A stretch of 64,000 bases of DNA from the NCBI GenBank assembly GCA_000091205.1, contig AP006489.2. One strand, given 5' to 3'. Origin of the DNA: Cyanidioschyzon merolae (taxonomy: Eukaryota). The notes below the pieces were generated by a model. The model was not told the origin of the DNA, did no database searches, and saw only the letters and a program-made list of their open reading frames with translations. How positions within the stretch are numbered: position 1 is the stretch's first letter; every line of letters starts with the position of its first letter. Shown here one piece after another: positions 44,969-56,514 of the stretch. Made by a program: the position numbers and the translations under genes.

Positions 44969-45945
44969 AGCCATCAACATGTTTCGTCTGCTGACCACGG
45001 GGCCGGAGTGAAACGCGACACATTCGCGTATTGAACGCCAAAGCTAAGAGAGAGACGAAAAGAAAGCAGTCGAACGTATAGCCAGCCAAGTCTGGTGCTG
45101 AGGACAGTGACAGGAGACACATCCTATAAGCATGGACGCTCCAGTTAGCAACGTAGACCTGTTCCATTATACGCTGACAAGAATTTCACGCGATAACGAT
45201 GCCATCCTCAGAGCTGTATGCATGGATGCGCGCCCGTGTCTGCATGCCTGTGCATTCACTTGTTCGTTCGTGCAGACCGCATGTGCACGCGCGGATGACA
45301 AGCGGCCGTGCGTCCGTAGCGAATACGGTTCTGTATCGAGGTAGAGTGCGTCGACTGGCGCTGATCCAAAGCACGCTCACGGCTGGAGTACGTCGCAGTT
45401 CCACAGGCACGAAGAACGATATCCGAAGGTATGTGCTGTGTTGCCGCACACGAGCGCCGCAGCAGCACGTCGGTGGCAAGAAATCCAGCTGGCAGACCTG
45501 CAACGATGCGCCAAGTCGTTCGAGAATCCTAACTGGGCCCAGGGAGATGGGTCGCAGGCCTCGCTCTGGAGGCCAGACAGCCGGTCCCAACGGTAGGTAG
45601 GCAGGTATGTCGTCGATGCGCGGAGGATGCTCTTGGACGAGAAGATTGCCATTGGAGCCGAACAAACCGTGTCGTGGACAGCAACGCCAGAACGGCTTTT
45701 CAGATAGTTTGCGCATTTTACCGCACGTCACACATGATGAAACTGCAGAGCCGCAAGGCAGCACGCGGGATGTTCTCGTTGAGTTCTTTGATAGCGTCTG
45801 CGACGTACGTCACAGCGATATCGCGCTGTACCCATAAACATCTGGACGCTCAGCATTCGCGTGTAAGTCGCGCACCCAGAACGTGAACATAGCGCCCGGC
45901 GCCGTCAGTGCAAACCCCCATGAACCGATGTTGACGCAAGCGTGC

Positions 45946-46377
45946 CTAGTCCACATCCGCCATGACTGCGGAGCGCGACGGCGTCACCCGTGCGTTCATC
46001 AGAGAAGCTCGCTCTTTGCGCTTCAGCAGCGCTATCCGGTCCTTATCCAGACGCAGCGCAATGATCTGGACTTTGCTGGGGTGGATCCCAATGTCAACCG
46101 GGAGGCCCCGGCTGTCCTCGCGCGCAACGCCCTCCACTGCGATTCGGTATTTTTTCCGGTGGCATCGTTTGACTTTTCCTTCCTGCATTTTATACAAACC
46201 TCTCATGATGCGTACTTCGTCTCCAACTCGGATCGGGACAGCGTGCACACCGTACTTCTCAACGAGCTCGCTGCTCAGCGGAGCGGACATTCGAATCCGC
46301 CGCTCGTGACTCGGGGCCGTAAAGTGCGCCTTGCGTTGCTTCCGTCGCGAAGACGATACTTCCTTGCTAAACTTCAT
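45946..46377 (-). CDS. RPL26: 60S ribosomal protein L26 (eL26 family).
   Basis: MKFSKEVSSSRRKQRKAHFTAPSHERRIRMSAPLSSELVEKYGVHAVPIRVGDEVRIMRGLYK...KYRIAVEGVAREDSRGLPVDIGIHPSKVQIIALRLDKDR aligns with human RPL26 ([55 protein letters not shown]...GIHPSKVVITRLKLDKDR) over its full length, in a single exon. Confidence 0.9.
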   Translation of the reverse strand: MKFSKEVSSSRRKQRKAHFTAPSHERRIRMSAPLSSELVEKYGVHAVPIRVGDEVRIMRGLYKMQEGKVKRCHRKKYRIAVEGVAREDSRGLPVDIGIHPSKVQIIALRLDKDRIALLKRKERASLMNARVTPSRSAVMADVD

Positions 46378-46865
46378 GCCTCACTGGGTAAGTAGGGTAT
46401 CTGAACAGCAGGTACCGTGGTCTTCCTCTGAGGCCAGCGGATAGACGTTGTGGATAAACTCCACCGCAACAAACACTCCTCGGTGTTGAGGAATCGGGGT
46501 ACGCGTCGCGGGTGCGGATACAGACGGCGTTCGCGGGCGGACGCATGTGCCGGCGCGGCGCATTGGAATAAACCTAAACAAAAATGTATTTTACTGTACT
46601 TAAGGGATCATTGTGGAATCAACTTGCATGATCATGGAACATGCCCTATGTTCCATATCAGGCATGCCGACACTTTTACCGGACATGCGATCATGAATGC
46701 GACGTGCTCATGTGATCGTCGAAACGGTACGCGAGGCGCATGCGTTCGTTACGTGTCTGGAACGCCGTATGGTAGAGCTACCTGCACGCTACACGAGAAC
46801 AGCTTCGGTGCCTGGACAGCCCACCGTGACGAATAGGTGTCGTTCAGGACCGGCCGAAAGGTAGC

Positions 46866-46892
46866 TGTGTGCCGCACGGCTGGAGGGCGCGC
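46866..46892. other. GC-only hairpin / inverted repeat (gggcgcgcg ... cgcgcgccc, 9-bp stem, 7-nt loop).
   Basis: gggcgcgcgctggggccgcgcgccc, with the arms confirmed as reverse complements. A second gcgcgcccctgc copy is at 46925-46936. It is intergenic, downstream of nothing obvious. Confidence 0.6.
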
Positions 46893-47785
46893 GCTGGGGC
46901 CGCGCGCCCCTGCTCCGCGTAGGGGCGTGTGTGCGGTATGCGCGCCCCTGCACCAGTCAGGAACGTTGTAAAGTAGACGCGTTTGCCCTCGTGACTCGAA
47001 ACGAGGCAAGCGTTGTCGATAGTCGTAGTATAACGTTGGGCAGTACCGGACACTAGAGCGTCTGTAGCGGCGCAGTGAGACGCTAAACAACTATCGAGTC
47101 GTGCGACGCGCGCCTGCCAGCGTCGGTATGGGCGGTGTCGTTTGCGCTAGAGCGAGACCGTAGCGTCCACTGCGTAATATCCAGCCTTTTTGATGCGGGC
47201 TCCAGTGGAGCCTTGGACGCAGAGACCGGTGCGCCCATAAACCAGGGCGACGATCAGCACTTGCTCTGCAGCGCGTGTACGGTCCAGTGCCATGCCCTCG
47301 GACAACTGGATACAAACGCAGTTTTGCAGTATGGAGTGAGCTCTGTGCAACCCGGAGCGACACCCACTAGCACCTGCGGCAGCCTGAAGCATATCACAGA
47401 AGGAGTATCGCGAGTGTTTTTCGTAAGAGCGTCAGTAGCGCCGAGCTGGTGACGCTCTCCAGCGACATCGCTTGAACAGGACGCGCCTGGAGGTTGCTAT
47501 GGCTTGGGGATCAGCATGGGTTGCAACCGACATTGGGAAGGTGCGGGTCGTTTTCCTTCCACATGCAGCCATGGAGAAGCGGTAACGGCGCATTGCCTCC
47601 GCAAGCCAGCAGGGATACTGTCGTTGTCAAGAACTTCATACCCGCTCCGGATTGTAGACCGATGTTCATCCCACAGCTCGCATCCGGTTGTGCAGCGTGT
47701 TGGCCTGGAACATCCGTCAAACCAACATGATGCGTATTTCGCCTTTGACTGCGAAGCCACCGCCCCAGGAGAAACATCGTCGCCG

Positions 47786-49978
47786 CTAACGCTCTGGGGC
47801 AGACGATACAGAGGATGCGGTAGAAACCGATGTGGATGAAACCGTCACCGCCACAGTGGCGAGGGTACGAGTCCCTGGTGAGGTACTCGGGTCTGCCTCC
47901 GTGTTGGTCTCGGCGCTTGCAATGCCCAGTGGATTGCCCACGCGAGACGTCTCGCCTCTCCAGGACGCGGTACGAAACGTTCTTGTCTTTTGTATGATCA
48001 AATGCGGTGAATCGCCAATTTCAATTGGCGCAGCAGGCATTTCGAAGGGCCGCACATCCTGCAAGGGGCCGAACAGCGCATCGAGTTCCGCTTGCTCAGC
48101 TGAACGATGGGCAGCTCTACGTTGGTGCGACCACCGACTCGCCTCTGGCAGCGCGCAATGATCGGAAGATTCAGCAGCACCAGCGACACATGTCCCCGAG
48201 AACATTTCCCCGCCTCGTTGCTCCGACACAGAGGCCGGTACATCCAGCTGCGATGGTGCTTGCCGGTGCCAGTGGAAAGCGGGTCGCGCGGGCATGTCTC
48301 TGGGCGCTTCCTCCAGGTAGTGCGCTTGGGCGTGCTGGCTTGTAGACGGCGCTCGACGTCTCAGGGATTCTCGAGTTGGAGCCCAGCGCAAATGCGGTTC
48401 CACTCGATCCCACAGATCAGGTCGTTTCGCAACCAGCACTGATTGCTGCTCGGCAATCTGGTGGCTCAACGGACGCCGCACGATGCGGTCGTGGAATTCC
48501 TCTGGAATATTTGCTCGGTTACACACAACGTCGTCGAGCAACTCGATAACGTTAGACTGCACAGCCTGCAGGAAAGCAGAGCAGAAACAAGCTGCCTCGA
48601 AAATGGTTCGATGTCGACGAATGACGTTGCGCACTGAATGACTTGGTGGATAGCGATAGTGTTCTCGCACTTTGCGTTCGATCGTCGCCCGCGATATTTC
48701 TCGTTGAGCGACTGCAGCCGCCGCAGCCGTGATACATGCTGCAGCGTCGTCGCTGTCGGAGCGCCAACGCCTGTGCAGGCATTCGCCCGGTTCATCCGTG
48801 ACCGGGGCCGCGGCTCCAGGCGACGTCAAGCCAGAGTCAGGAAGCTTGGCTGCCTTCTGTTGTGACGCAGACGCCACCGTGGTCATCGTGGCGGCTGCGT
48901 CTGCGTCTGCGACCTCTTGGCGAAATACTGGTGACAGGCTTGGGGGCTTGGACTGATTCCAGTTGTGACCGAAGAAGACGGAGGCTCCGTCGGGGCTCGT
49001 AACGATCGCAGTGAGCTCACCGAGACAGGCTGGTCCACCCCGTGGTGCCGGCGACGACGCGAGCAGTCTGCGAGCAAGCGCAGCACCCTCTAACGTCAGC
49101 GGGAGCTTCTCATTCGGTTTCAAAAGCCCGAACAAGACGCGGAAATTTTCCAGGCGCTCCAGGACGCTTTCGCCATAGCTCCCGCCAACAGGCCGGAACG
49201 TGAAGTGGAATTTGCGCTGTCGTAGAGCGGAGAGAACGGTTTCGTCACGCTGCTGGCGCATATCCAAGTGCGTTGAGGTGGTCTCCATCGCCGTGGTGCC
49301 GCTGGTACCACTGCTGGTGCCCTCTGCGTGCATCAGTGTGCATCCAGTCGACGAAGCGAGCTGCCAAGAGAGCTCCCGCGACGAGCTACGTCTCTCAACC
49401 GATGGTGGTGACGTTGGCGTCCCTGACAGGGCAGAAGGTGGCGAGAACGCGCCGGCTGAGCGCCCACCAGGCCTAACGAGCTTGGGCACCTCTGCTTCGT
49501 CTTGTTTGCTGCTGTGGTACTGCGCTGTCTCAAGCTGCTGACTGCGGCTCTCTGGAACCCGCGCAGTCGTCCAGCTGACCGCTGCGCTCTGCGGGTCGGT
49601 TACGCTCTCCGAAAGCGTCCCCGTCGCCATCGGCGTATCGGTTACGCAGCTTTCCGCGGGTGAGTGCACAGCCACGGACGCAGACGGCAGCAGAGCGTCG
49701 GTTTCTCGTGCCGAACGCACTGCGGTCGACGTGGAAGCGACTCCTGCCGGCACCAGCCTCGCCAGCTGGTGCCCAGGGTTCTCGGCCGGCTGTGTCGCGC
49801 CCGCGAGCGGACGCTTGTCCTCGTCTATTGGAAAAACGAACGCAGGTGCTTGCCGCAAGTCGCCCGAGTTCGAACCGGACATGAAGCGGAACGCCTCCCT
49901 ACTGCACCAGAAGCGCCCCCGTCGCCACCAGACTTGCTCCTCGCAACGCCGTTCACACCCAGACGATACTTTCACCAA
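47786..49978 (-). CDS. Hypothetical 730-aa protein rich in Ser/Thr/Ala low-complexity sequence, with a central conserved-looking block. The function is unknown.
   Basis: Long uninterrupted ORF in a GC-rich block. The central region KFHFTFRPVGGSYGESVLERLENFRVLFGLLKP...VFFGHNWNQSK and a later IERKVREHYRYPPSHSVRNVIRRHRTIFEAACFCSAFL (possibly helix-turn-helix-like) look structured. No family was assigned. Confidence 0.45.
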   Translation of the reverse strand: MVKVSSGCERRCEEQVWWRRGRFWCSREAFRFMSGSNSGDLRQAPAFVFPIDEDKRPLAGATQPAENPGHQLARLVPAGVASTSTAVRSARETDALLPSASVAVHSPAESCVTDTPMATGTLSESVTDPQSAAVSWTTARVPESRSQQLETAQYHSSKQDEAEVPKLVRPGGRSAGAFSPPSALSGTPTSPPSVERRSSSRELSWQLASSTGCTLMHAEGTSSGTSGTTAMETTSTHLDMRQQRDETVLSALRQRKFHFTFRPVGGSYGESVLERLENFRVLFGLLKPNEKLPLTLEGAALARRLLASSPAPRGGPACLGELTAIVTSPDGASVFFGHNWNQSKPPSLSPVFRQEVADADAAATMTTVASASQQKAAKLPDSGLTSPGAAAPVTDEPGECLHRRWRSDSDDAAACITAAAAAVAQREISRATIERKVREHYRYPPSHSVRNVIRRHRTIFEAACFCSAFLQAVQSNVIELLDDVVCNRANIPEEFHDRIVRRPLSHQIAEQQSVLVAKRPDLWDRVEPHLRWAPTRESLRRRAPSTSQHAQAHYLEEAPRDMPARPAFHWHRQAPSQLDVPASVSEQRGGEMFSGTCVAGAAESSDHCALPEASRWSHQRRAAHRSAEQAELDALFGPLQDVRPFEMPAAPIEIGDSPHLIIQKTRTFRTASWRGETSRVGNPLGIASAETNTEADPSTSPGTRTLATVAVTVSSTSVSTASSVSSAPER

Positions 49979-51441
49979 AACTAGTCAATGAAAAATCAAT
50001 TTTGGCACCACAGCGTTTCCTGCAACTTCTAGAACGAAAGTTTTCTCTGAAACCGCACGTGTACACGTGCGATCGTGCGCTTGCAGAGAAATCTCTGTTT
50101 GTCGTTGCATTGGCCGGTGGCATCGCACTGGGCGCAGCGCCAGCGGCGTAGAAACGTCCTCGCCATCACCGGGCCTTGGGTTGTCGATACGCTGCCGACG
50201 CCTGCGCCTCTGCTTGGGCGGCTGCACAACACGTGTAGGGTTCCCGAGGCGCGATGCGTCACCACTGTATATATCAGTATACAATGGTATAGAATAGAAC
50301 AGCGACGTCAATCTGGATGAAATGGTATCAAGCGGACAGAGAGGCATCGCGCGCGAGACGCTGCGGGGCGCGAGATGCGTGCGCGCCTTTCTGATTCTAG
50401 TAAAAACGGACTCCTTGTCCATGCGGCCCTGAGCAGCAGGTAGCACCAGCATACCGCAACGCATTTTTTACATAGGCAGCGAGCATACTGGGAAGGGTCA
50501 AGTCCGGGGGCCCCGACATCGGTTCTCCTGGAGGCACCTTAGCCATCGCGGTTGCGCTGCCTCAAGGGCGTAGCTCTCTGGGTATTCGGCTGTGTTCGGT
50601 GGCGTCTGCCGCTGCAACCGTGGGTCCGGTGCCAGAAGCGAAGCGCCTTTGCGTTAGCCGCTTCAGTGGTGCGGTCTGGGCGCACGCGGTCTGCAGCCGA
50701 CACTTGAGGTGCGCTGCGTCCGCGGCTTCGGCGCTCGATAAAACCGTACTGCGGATACCCAAGCGGTAGCAGGCACAGGCTGATCGCCCCGCGTTTTCAC
50801 TGTCTCGGACCCGATGGTCCATGTGCTCTAGACCCAGAGGTAAGCGGTGCCTTCGCACGGAGCTGCGACGAGCGTTCCCTGGGGCAAGGTGCGGCTACCG
50901 GCGTGGCTAGGAGCAGAGCGCTGCGCCCGCCGCAAGTCAAGTCCTACCTGCGACCGTTGAGGCAGCAGAGGCCGTCCACGACAGCGAGCACTCGAGCGCG
51001 GCACGGTGACCGGGTCCAGGATCCAGTCGACAAGCATCGGCTCTTGAAGACCCTGCTTGTACCGAATCTACCAAGGAGGTCGCACAGAATCGGGCTAGCT
51101 TTACTGTACGTGCGCAGTTGCCAGAACGAAGAGCCAGAAAAGCTGCTCGACGTCAAAGTTCGTTCTGTCTTTGTGAGGCGCACTCGAGGATACCAGAGCC
51201 GAGCACCTGGCCTAGCAGGGGCTTCTGACGGCATATCCAGCAACGTCGTTGACGTTTCTATGTCGTTGCTGACACAGTGCGACCAGCCCCGGCATATTGC
51301 ACCTCCTGGCTGATAACGTCAACCAGCTTTGCATTCGGGTGGTCTGCATGAAGCGCCCGAATGAGCATAACCTCGCGGGAATACCGTTTACATCAAGACT
51401 CTCCAAACTATGCGGACTGGAGCCCGCGTTATCTTTCGGAG

Positions 51442-53748
51442 CTAGCGAACCCGCCGAAACCCTTGCTGTACAGCACGTTCAGTGAGTCGGCCGAGCACTT
51501 GCCGAAACAGGTCGCTTGCAGGCGGTGCGAGCTCCAGTAGCCACTCGAGTGCGTCGGGAGCTGGAAGCCACGGTACCAGCGGCAACAATCGCGGTACAAG
51601 CGATACCATTGGCAACGCCCGCTGCGTGCTTCCTCGTGACCAGTAGCTGTCCGATTGCTTTTGTATTCCTGCTGTGAGCAGTGTCGGGGTCAGCTCACCG
51701 AGAAACTGCACCAGCTCACGCAACGTCTCAAGCTTGGCGATATCGTGAGGCGCACGCCGCCCGCGTCGTCTCGGATCCAACAGGAGCTCGACGCCATCGA
51801 CAATCTCGTCCACGAGGAGCTCTCGCAGAACCTTACCGCCATCGCTCGCCAGCACAAACCGCAACGCAGCTCGCATAGCTGCAGCATCCATCTGTTTCGG
51901 TGGAGCGTCAAAGTCTACAAATGCTTTGCCATCGATAAGGAGGCCCTGGCTTGAGCTGATCAGTGTACGCAACCGGGCGATCCGCAGACGCGACCCGTTC
52001 GCGTAGAGAATCTCGCGCAGTGCCTTGCGTAAAGTCTGGTTATTGGCGCTTGCCGCCGTCATGACGCGTCTACTCACAAACGGTAGCGCCTCCATGATCA
52101 TTTTGAAGTTCGGGTCCGCTTTCAGCGCGATGCCTTCGAGCACGCCCAAGGCTCGGATGATCAAGGCAAAATACGGCGGAATCGAGAACGGGAATTCGAA
52201 GGTTACCGCGGCAAGGTCGCTGGACAGGGATCGAAAGTCGATCGCGCGAGCGCCACCACCCTCTAGAGCCTGGTTCAAGATGTTACCCATAACTCCTACG
52301 ATGCGTGAGCGGTTCTCCCGAACCTTCTCGGTATCCGGGAGAAAATCGAGCGCGATAAAGTCATCGACCACGGCCTCAAAGTCGCGATTCGCCAAGTGAA
52401 TGATTGAGGCGACCATCCGATCCATTTGCGGGCGCTCAATCTCAGCCATAAGACCAAAGTCAAGAATCACCAAGCGTCCGTCGGCGGTGGCTAACAGGTT
52501 TCCGGGATGAGGATCTGCGTGGAAAAACCCCGTCTCCAGCAGCTGCGTTAGGAAACACTCAACACCGACGTTCACTAATGCTCGGATACGCTCGGGAGGA
52601 GCGTCTGCCAGTTTGGTTCCGTCGATCCACTCGGTCGTCAGAACCCGTCGTGAAGTGTATTCGAAATAAACCTTGGGAATTTTCACCTGATCAGCAGTGA
52701 TCCTGGCCTCGGGATCGGAACCGCGCTGCTGCAAGCAACCGAGGAGCAGGCGTTCGAAGCGTTCCGCGTTACGACCCTCGTTCACATAGTCGAGCTCGAG
52801 ATACATTCCACGAGCCCATTGGGTAAACAGTGCGATAAAATCCGTTCGATTGGCGGTAAAGAGATTCTGGATGCTCTGCGCCGAACCTGCCAGACGACGG
52901 ATGCAAAACAAATCCAGAGAGACGCGCTGCAGCATATCAGGTCGCTGCACTTTCACGGCGACTTTTTTCTGCGGGTCTCGTGCGAGCGTTCCCCGATAGA
53001 CTTGCCCTAAAGAGGCAGCTGCGACTGGCTCGGGCGTGAGCGTTGCGAAGACGTCATCGACGGAGCACCCCAGCTCCTCTTCGATCATGCGCCGTGCCAC
53101 TGCCGTCGGAAACGGTGGTACCGCATCGTGCAGCTTTTGTAGCTCGCGCATGGTAACCGGGCCGACGAGGTCCGGTCGAACGGCGAGCCACTGCCCGATT
53201 TTGATAAAAGTTGGTCCAAGTTCGGTAAGAATCTCGCGCAGACGAGCTGCTCGTGCCACCTCGAGGTCCGCTTTCGCCGCTCCCGATGCAGTCGACATTC
53301 GCGAAGTCGCCGTCGATACCAGGAAAGGAATCAAGAGCGAAGAAATCTCGCTGAGGCGGCGCGCAACCTCCGTTGGCCTTCGCGACCAGTAGGCGGCAAT
53401 CGCGTCCTCGTCGTAGGTAAGCGGGAGTCCGCGGTCCGCGTCCAGCACTTGACGCGTCTGGACGGCTGCCAACGCCTCAGTGTTATCAGGCGGAGGACTC
53501 AAGACCGCACGGCTCGCCAGCGTATTCATCGCGCGCGATACTCGAGTGCGTCGCGCGGCTTTCCCCTGAACGGCCACAGGCCGCGTACACCAAGTCGCGG
53601 CAGGAGCGGGCAACTCGTGTCTCGTAGGACGCAGTGTCCGCTTGCCAGCCGTCAGGGTGAACGCCTGCTGTGCTCCCACAAAGAGCATGCTCGGCAATGC
53701 TCTAATGAACATTGGTCCCCTTTCATTTGATCTATTTTGATTTCTCAT
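51442..53748 (-). CDS. ABC1/ADCK (UbiB-family) atypical protein kinase, of the type usually found in plastids or mitochondria. It has a roughly 90-aa N-terminal presequence.
   Basis: LGPTFIKIGQWLAVRPDLVGP...ELQKLHDAVPPFP, AAASLGQVYRGTL..KVAVKVQRPDM, HADPHPGNLLAT.DGRLVILDFGLMAEI = conserved ABC1 kinase motifs (KxGQ, AAAS/GQVY, HADPHPGN, DFG) in order. Confidence 0.9.
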   Translation of the reverse strand: MRNQNRSNERGPMFIRALPSMLFVGAQQAFTLTAGKRTLRPTRHELPAPAATWCTRPVAVQGKAARRTRVSRAMNTLASRAVLSPPPDNTEALAAVQTRQVLDADRGLPLTYDEDAIAAYWSRRPTEVARRLSEISSLLIPFLVSTATSRMSTASGAAKADLEVARAARLREILTELGPTFIKIGQWLAVRPDLVGPVTMRELQKLHDAVPPFPTAVARRMIEEELGCSVDDVFATLTPEPVAAASLGQVYRGTLARDPQKKVAVKVQRPDMLQRVSLDLFCIRRLAGSAQSIQNLFTANRTDFIALFTQWARGMYLELDYVNEGRNAERFERLLLGCLQQRGSDPEARITADQVKIPKVYFEYTSRRVLTTEWIDGTKLADAPPERIRALVNVGVECFLTQLLETGFFHADPHPGNLLATADGRLVILDFGLMAEIERPQMDRMVASIIHLANRDFEAVVDDFIALDFLPDTEKVRENRSRIVGVMGNILNQALEGGGARAIDFRSLSSDLAAVTFEFPFSIPPYFALIIRALGVLEGIALKADPNFKMIMEALPFVSRRVMTAASANNQTLRKALREILYANGSRLRIARLRTLISSSQGLLIDGKAFVDFDAPPKQMDAAAMRAALRFVLASDGGKVLRELLVDEIVDGVELLLDPRRRGRRAPHDIAKLETLRELVQFLGELTPTLLTAGIQKQSDSYWSRGSTQRALPMVSLVPRLLPLVPWLPAPDALEWLLELAPPASDLFRQVLGRLTERAVQQGFRRVR

Positions 53749-55173
53749 ATCCCAAGGTTTTACAGAAAGAAAAACTCCTCAGGGGTACCCAGAACACCGA
53801 GTACTTTGCCTAGATAAACCACAACGCGATCATGGCGTGAAATCCGAACTGGATGCGGTGGCGCGGTGCGCGTAGGGCTTTCTAGTTATTTGCGACAATG
53901 TGGACAGGACCTGGAAGCAGCCGCACGCGTTACCAACCAATGGACGGCGGGCGTGAACGAGGCGTTTCGATCGCGCGCGCAGCTGCCTGCCTGCTTGACT
54001 GCCTGGCTGGCGCAGCGACGTCCCGGGCGCGACGCTCGAGGCAAGAGCGCCTCCATCGCTGCTGGAACGTTTGCGCTGGGCGATGAGCGCACCAGCGATG
54101 ATCACCGGAATGACACCCGACATCGATGAAGCTCTTCGTGAACAAGGTATGATCTCAGGGTGACGTTTCAAGACCGGGAAGCATCGGTACTGTGCGAGGG
54201 ACGCGATCCCGCGGCGTTTCAGCGGACGTCGATTTTCATCGATGCGATGGATGTTGCCATGCCGCGGCTCCTGGGCAGGCACAAAGGCGTTGTCATCCAT
54301 GGTGGATGGCATTGACTACGGCGCGGTGGCGAGTCGTTTCTGCGCGAGCATGCGTCAACACGCGTGCCTTGGGCTGGATGCGGATGAACGCGTAGCGCAC
54401 TGAACGCGAGGTTGCTCACAATCGGACACTTGTCGCTCCTCCGAGCTGCATGGAAGCGACTGCGCGCTCGCACGACTAGGCCAACTGCTCGATGGTGTGC
54501 GCGTCCGCGAAACGGGCACATACCAATGGCTGTTCTGTACTGCACATCTCTCGGAAAGAGGCCAGTGCGGTACACCGGGACGTGCAAGCACTCGGCACAC
54601 CACCGACCTGAGATGCGCCTGTCGCCTCGGGCGACGCTGCCGGGCGGTGGCACGGCAGGCCCTCGCATCCACGCGATCGACCTCATCGAACGATACTCGG
54701 TTCATTTGAGTTTACGCATTCGAGGTGAATATGTGTATCAGGGGCATTAATCTATGAACTGACTCGCGCGTACCGCTGTTCGGATGGAGTACAGAGACCG
54801 ATCTCTCAATGAGAGCATCAGCCACAGGCAGCAGTATCACGGTTATGAATCCATGATCTGATGCACGCATTACGCTTCCCCCTCAAAATGAATATGTTGG
54901 TGTCCCGCACGCCCGGTTTCAATCCAAATCACGCAACGGTTCTCACGTCTTGGCAGATGCCCGCAGAAACGCAAGGCAGCCCAGCCCGACGCGTCCGTGT
55001 CGTCATCGACCAGGACCGCGCTCGGGGGATCCAGCGCCAACGACTCCGACCGCAGGAAGCGTGCGCTCCAGATGTCGCTCATCGCCGCACGTCCACTTTA
55101 TACAGAGATGTACCGAACACCACCATCACGCCACCAGCGTTACGCGGATCAGCGGATCGGCGTTCATGCCTGT

Positions 55174-55194
55174 GCACGCACGCACGCACGCACC
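55174..55194. repeat. (ACGC)5 microsatellite upstream of the Rieske gene.
   Basis: gcacgcacgcacgcacgcacc is read directly. A further (CA)n is at 55283-55295. Confidence 0.8.
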
Positions 55195-55497
55195 TGCGCA
55201 TGATCGCGGGCGGTGTCGCTCAGCGAGAGCTCCCGCGCGCTCATCATCGCCGTGCGCTCGGCGAGGGCTCGAGCGCGCACGCGCACACACACACCCTTCC
55301 CGCAGCGCTCTCCCGCGGATGGCCTCAGCACGTGAGCAGCGCCTCGGGGGGCGGTGGCTGTGCGCTCACCGATCGCCGTCACGAGGCGAACAGCCGCAGG
55401 GCGTGTGCGCTCAGCGACAACAGGTGTGAGCACGCAGCACACGAACACTTGCCCTGGAACGAGGTTTTGCTAGAAAGGAATAGCCCAGAAGCGTGCA

Positions 55498-56043
55498 ATG
55501 TTTGTAACTACTCCTCTTTCTCTGAAGAATAGTAAGGTCAGCACACGGTCTAGTTGCTGTGTGCAACGAGCACGGCGCTCGACCGGTGTGGCGAAGCTCG
55601 CTATGAAGGAGGCTTGGGTGCGTTTGGTGCCCACGAGCGACTTGCAACCCGGCGAGCTGCGCACGGTCACGGTTGCGTCCCAGCTTGTGCTGGTGGCCGT
55701 AGATCAGGACGGTAGCGTGTTTGCGACCCAGGGCTACTGCAGTCACTTGGCGGTGCCGCTGGATACGGGCTCTATCGGCGACGGCGTGCTCACCTGCTCA
55801 CAGCACCGCTCGTCGTTCGACCTGAAGACCGGTGAAGTGATTTCGTGGTGTACGTTCCCGCCGATTCTGGGTCCACTTCTGGGTAAACTACAACCGCCAA
55901 CACCCATCTCGGTGTACCCGGTTCGTGAGAACGCCGGCTACATCGAGGCGTATCTGCAGGTGGACGCAAAGGATGAGTTCGAGAAGCAGTACTGGAAAGG
56001 CATCTTGGACGCTCAAGGCAAGGCAACAGGTGGTTACTATTGA
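55498..56043 (+). CDS. Small Rieske [2Fe-2S] domain protein. An alternative start ATG at 55603 (MKEAWVRL...) would remove a roughly 35-aa Ser/Arg-rich presequence.
   Basis: Rieske cluster-binding boxes CSHLAVPL (CxH) and CSQHRSSF (CxxH) with the correct spacing, and a beta-rich flanking sequence VTVASQLVLVAVDQDGSVFATQGYC. Confidence 0.7.
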   Translation: MFVTTPLSLKNSKVSTRSSCCVQRARRSTGVAKLAMKEAWVRLVPTSDLQPGELRTVTVASQLVLVAVDQDGSVFATQGYCSHLAVPLDTGSIGDGVLTCSQHRSSFDLKTGEVISWCTFPPILGPLLGKLQPPTPISVYPVRENAGYIEAYLQVDAKDEFEKQYWKGILDAQGKATGGYY

Positions 56044-56514
56044 GTTACCGCAGCCGTGTACAAGTGCCTACCATGGCGCGAAGCGCTCGCAGTTGAAGGT
56101 GATACTGTGAACGATGGCAACAGCAATGACGCGCAGCGTGGCGAGGCCAGCACTGATCGCAGCACTGGGCTACCACCCGCATGCCACTTGTGCCATTTTT
56201 ACGCGGATACAGGGGATGCACCACGGAAGCGGTCAACCGTTGCGTGCTGCTGGAGCGCACACCTGCATGCGTACGTCTTCCTCTTTCACCTTGGGGTAAC
56301 CGGCACGTTTATCCCAAGCGCCACCGCACGGCATGCTTTTCGGGACCTTGTTTGCAGATGTACGCGCCATGGGCACGAGGCTCGACAGATGCGTGGGTTT
56401 CGGCATACTGGAGGCACCCGTCAGCATCGTCATCATTCTGAGGTATTCATCGCTATGGTAGGTTTCTGAACGGGTAAGCGAGAGGTGCTTTTTCATAAAC
56501 TGCTTCGGGTTTGC

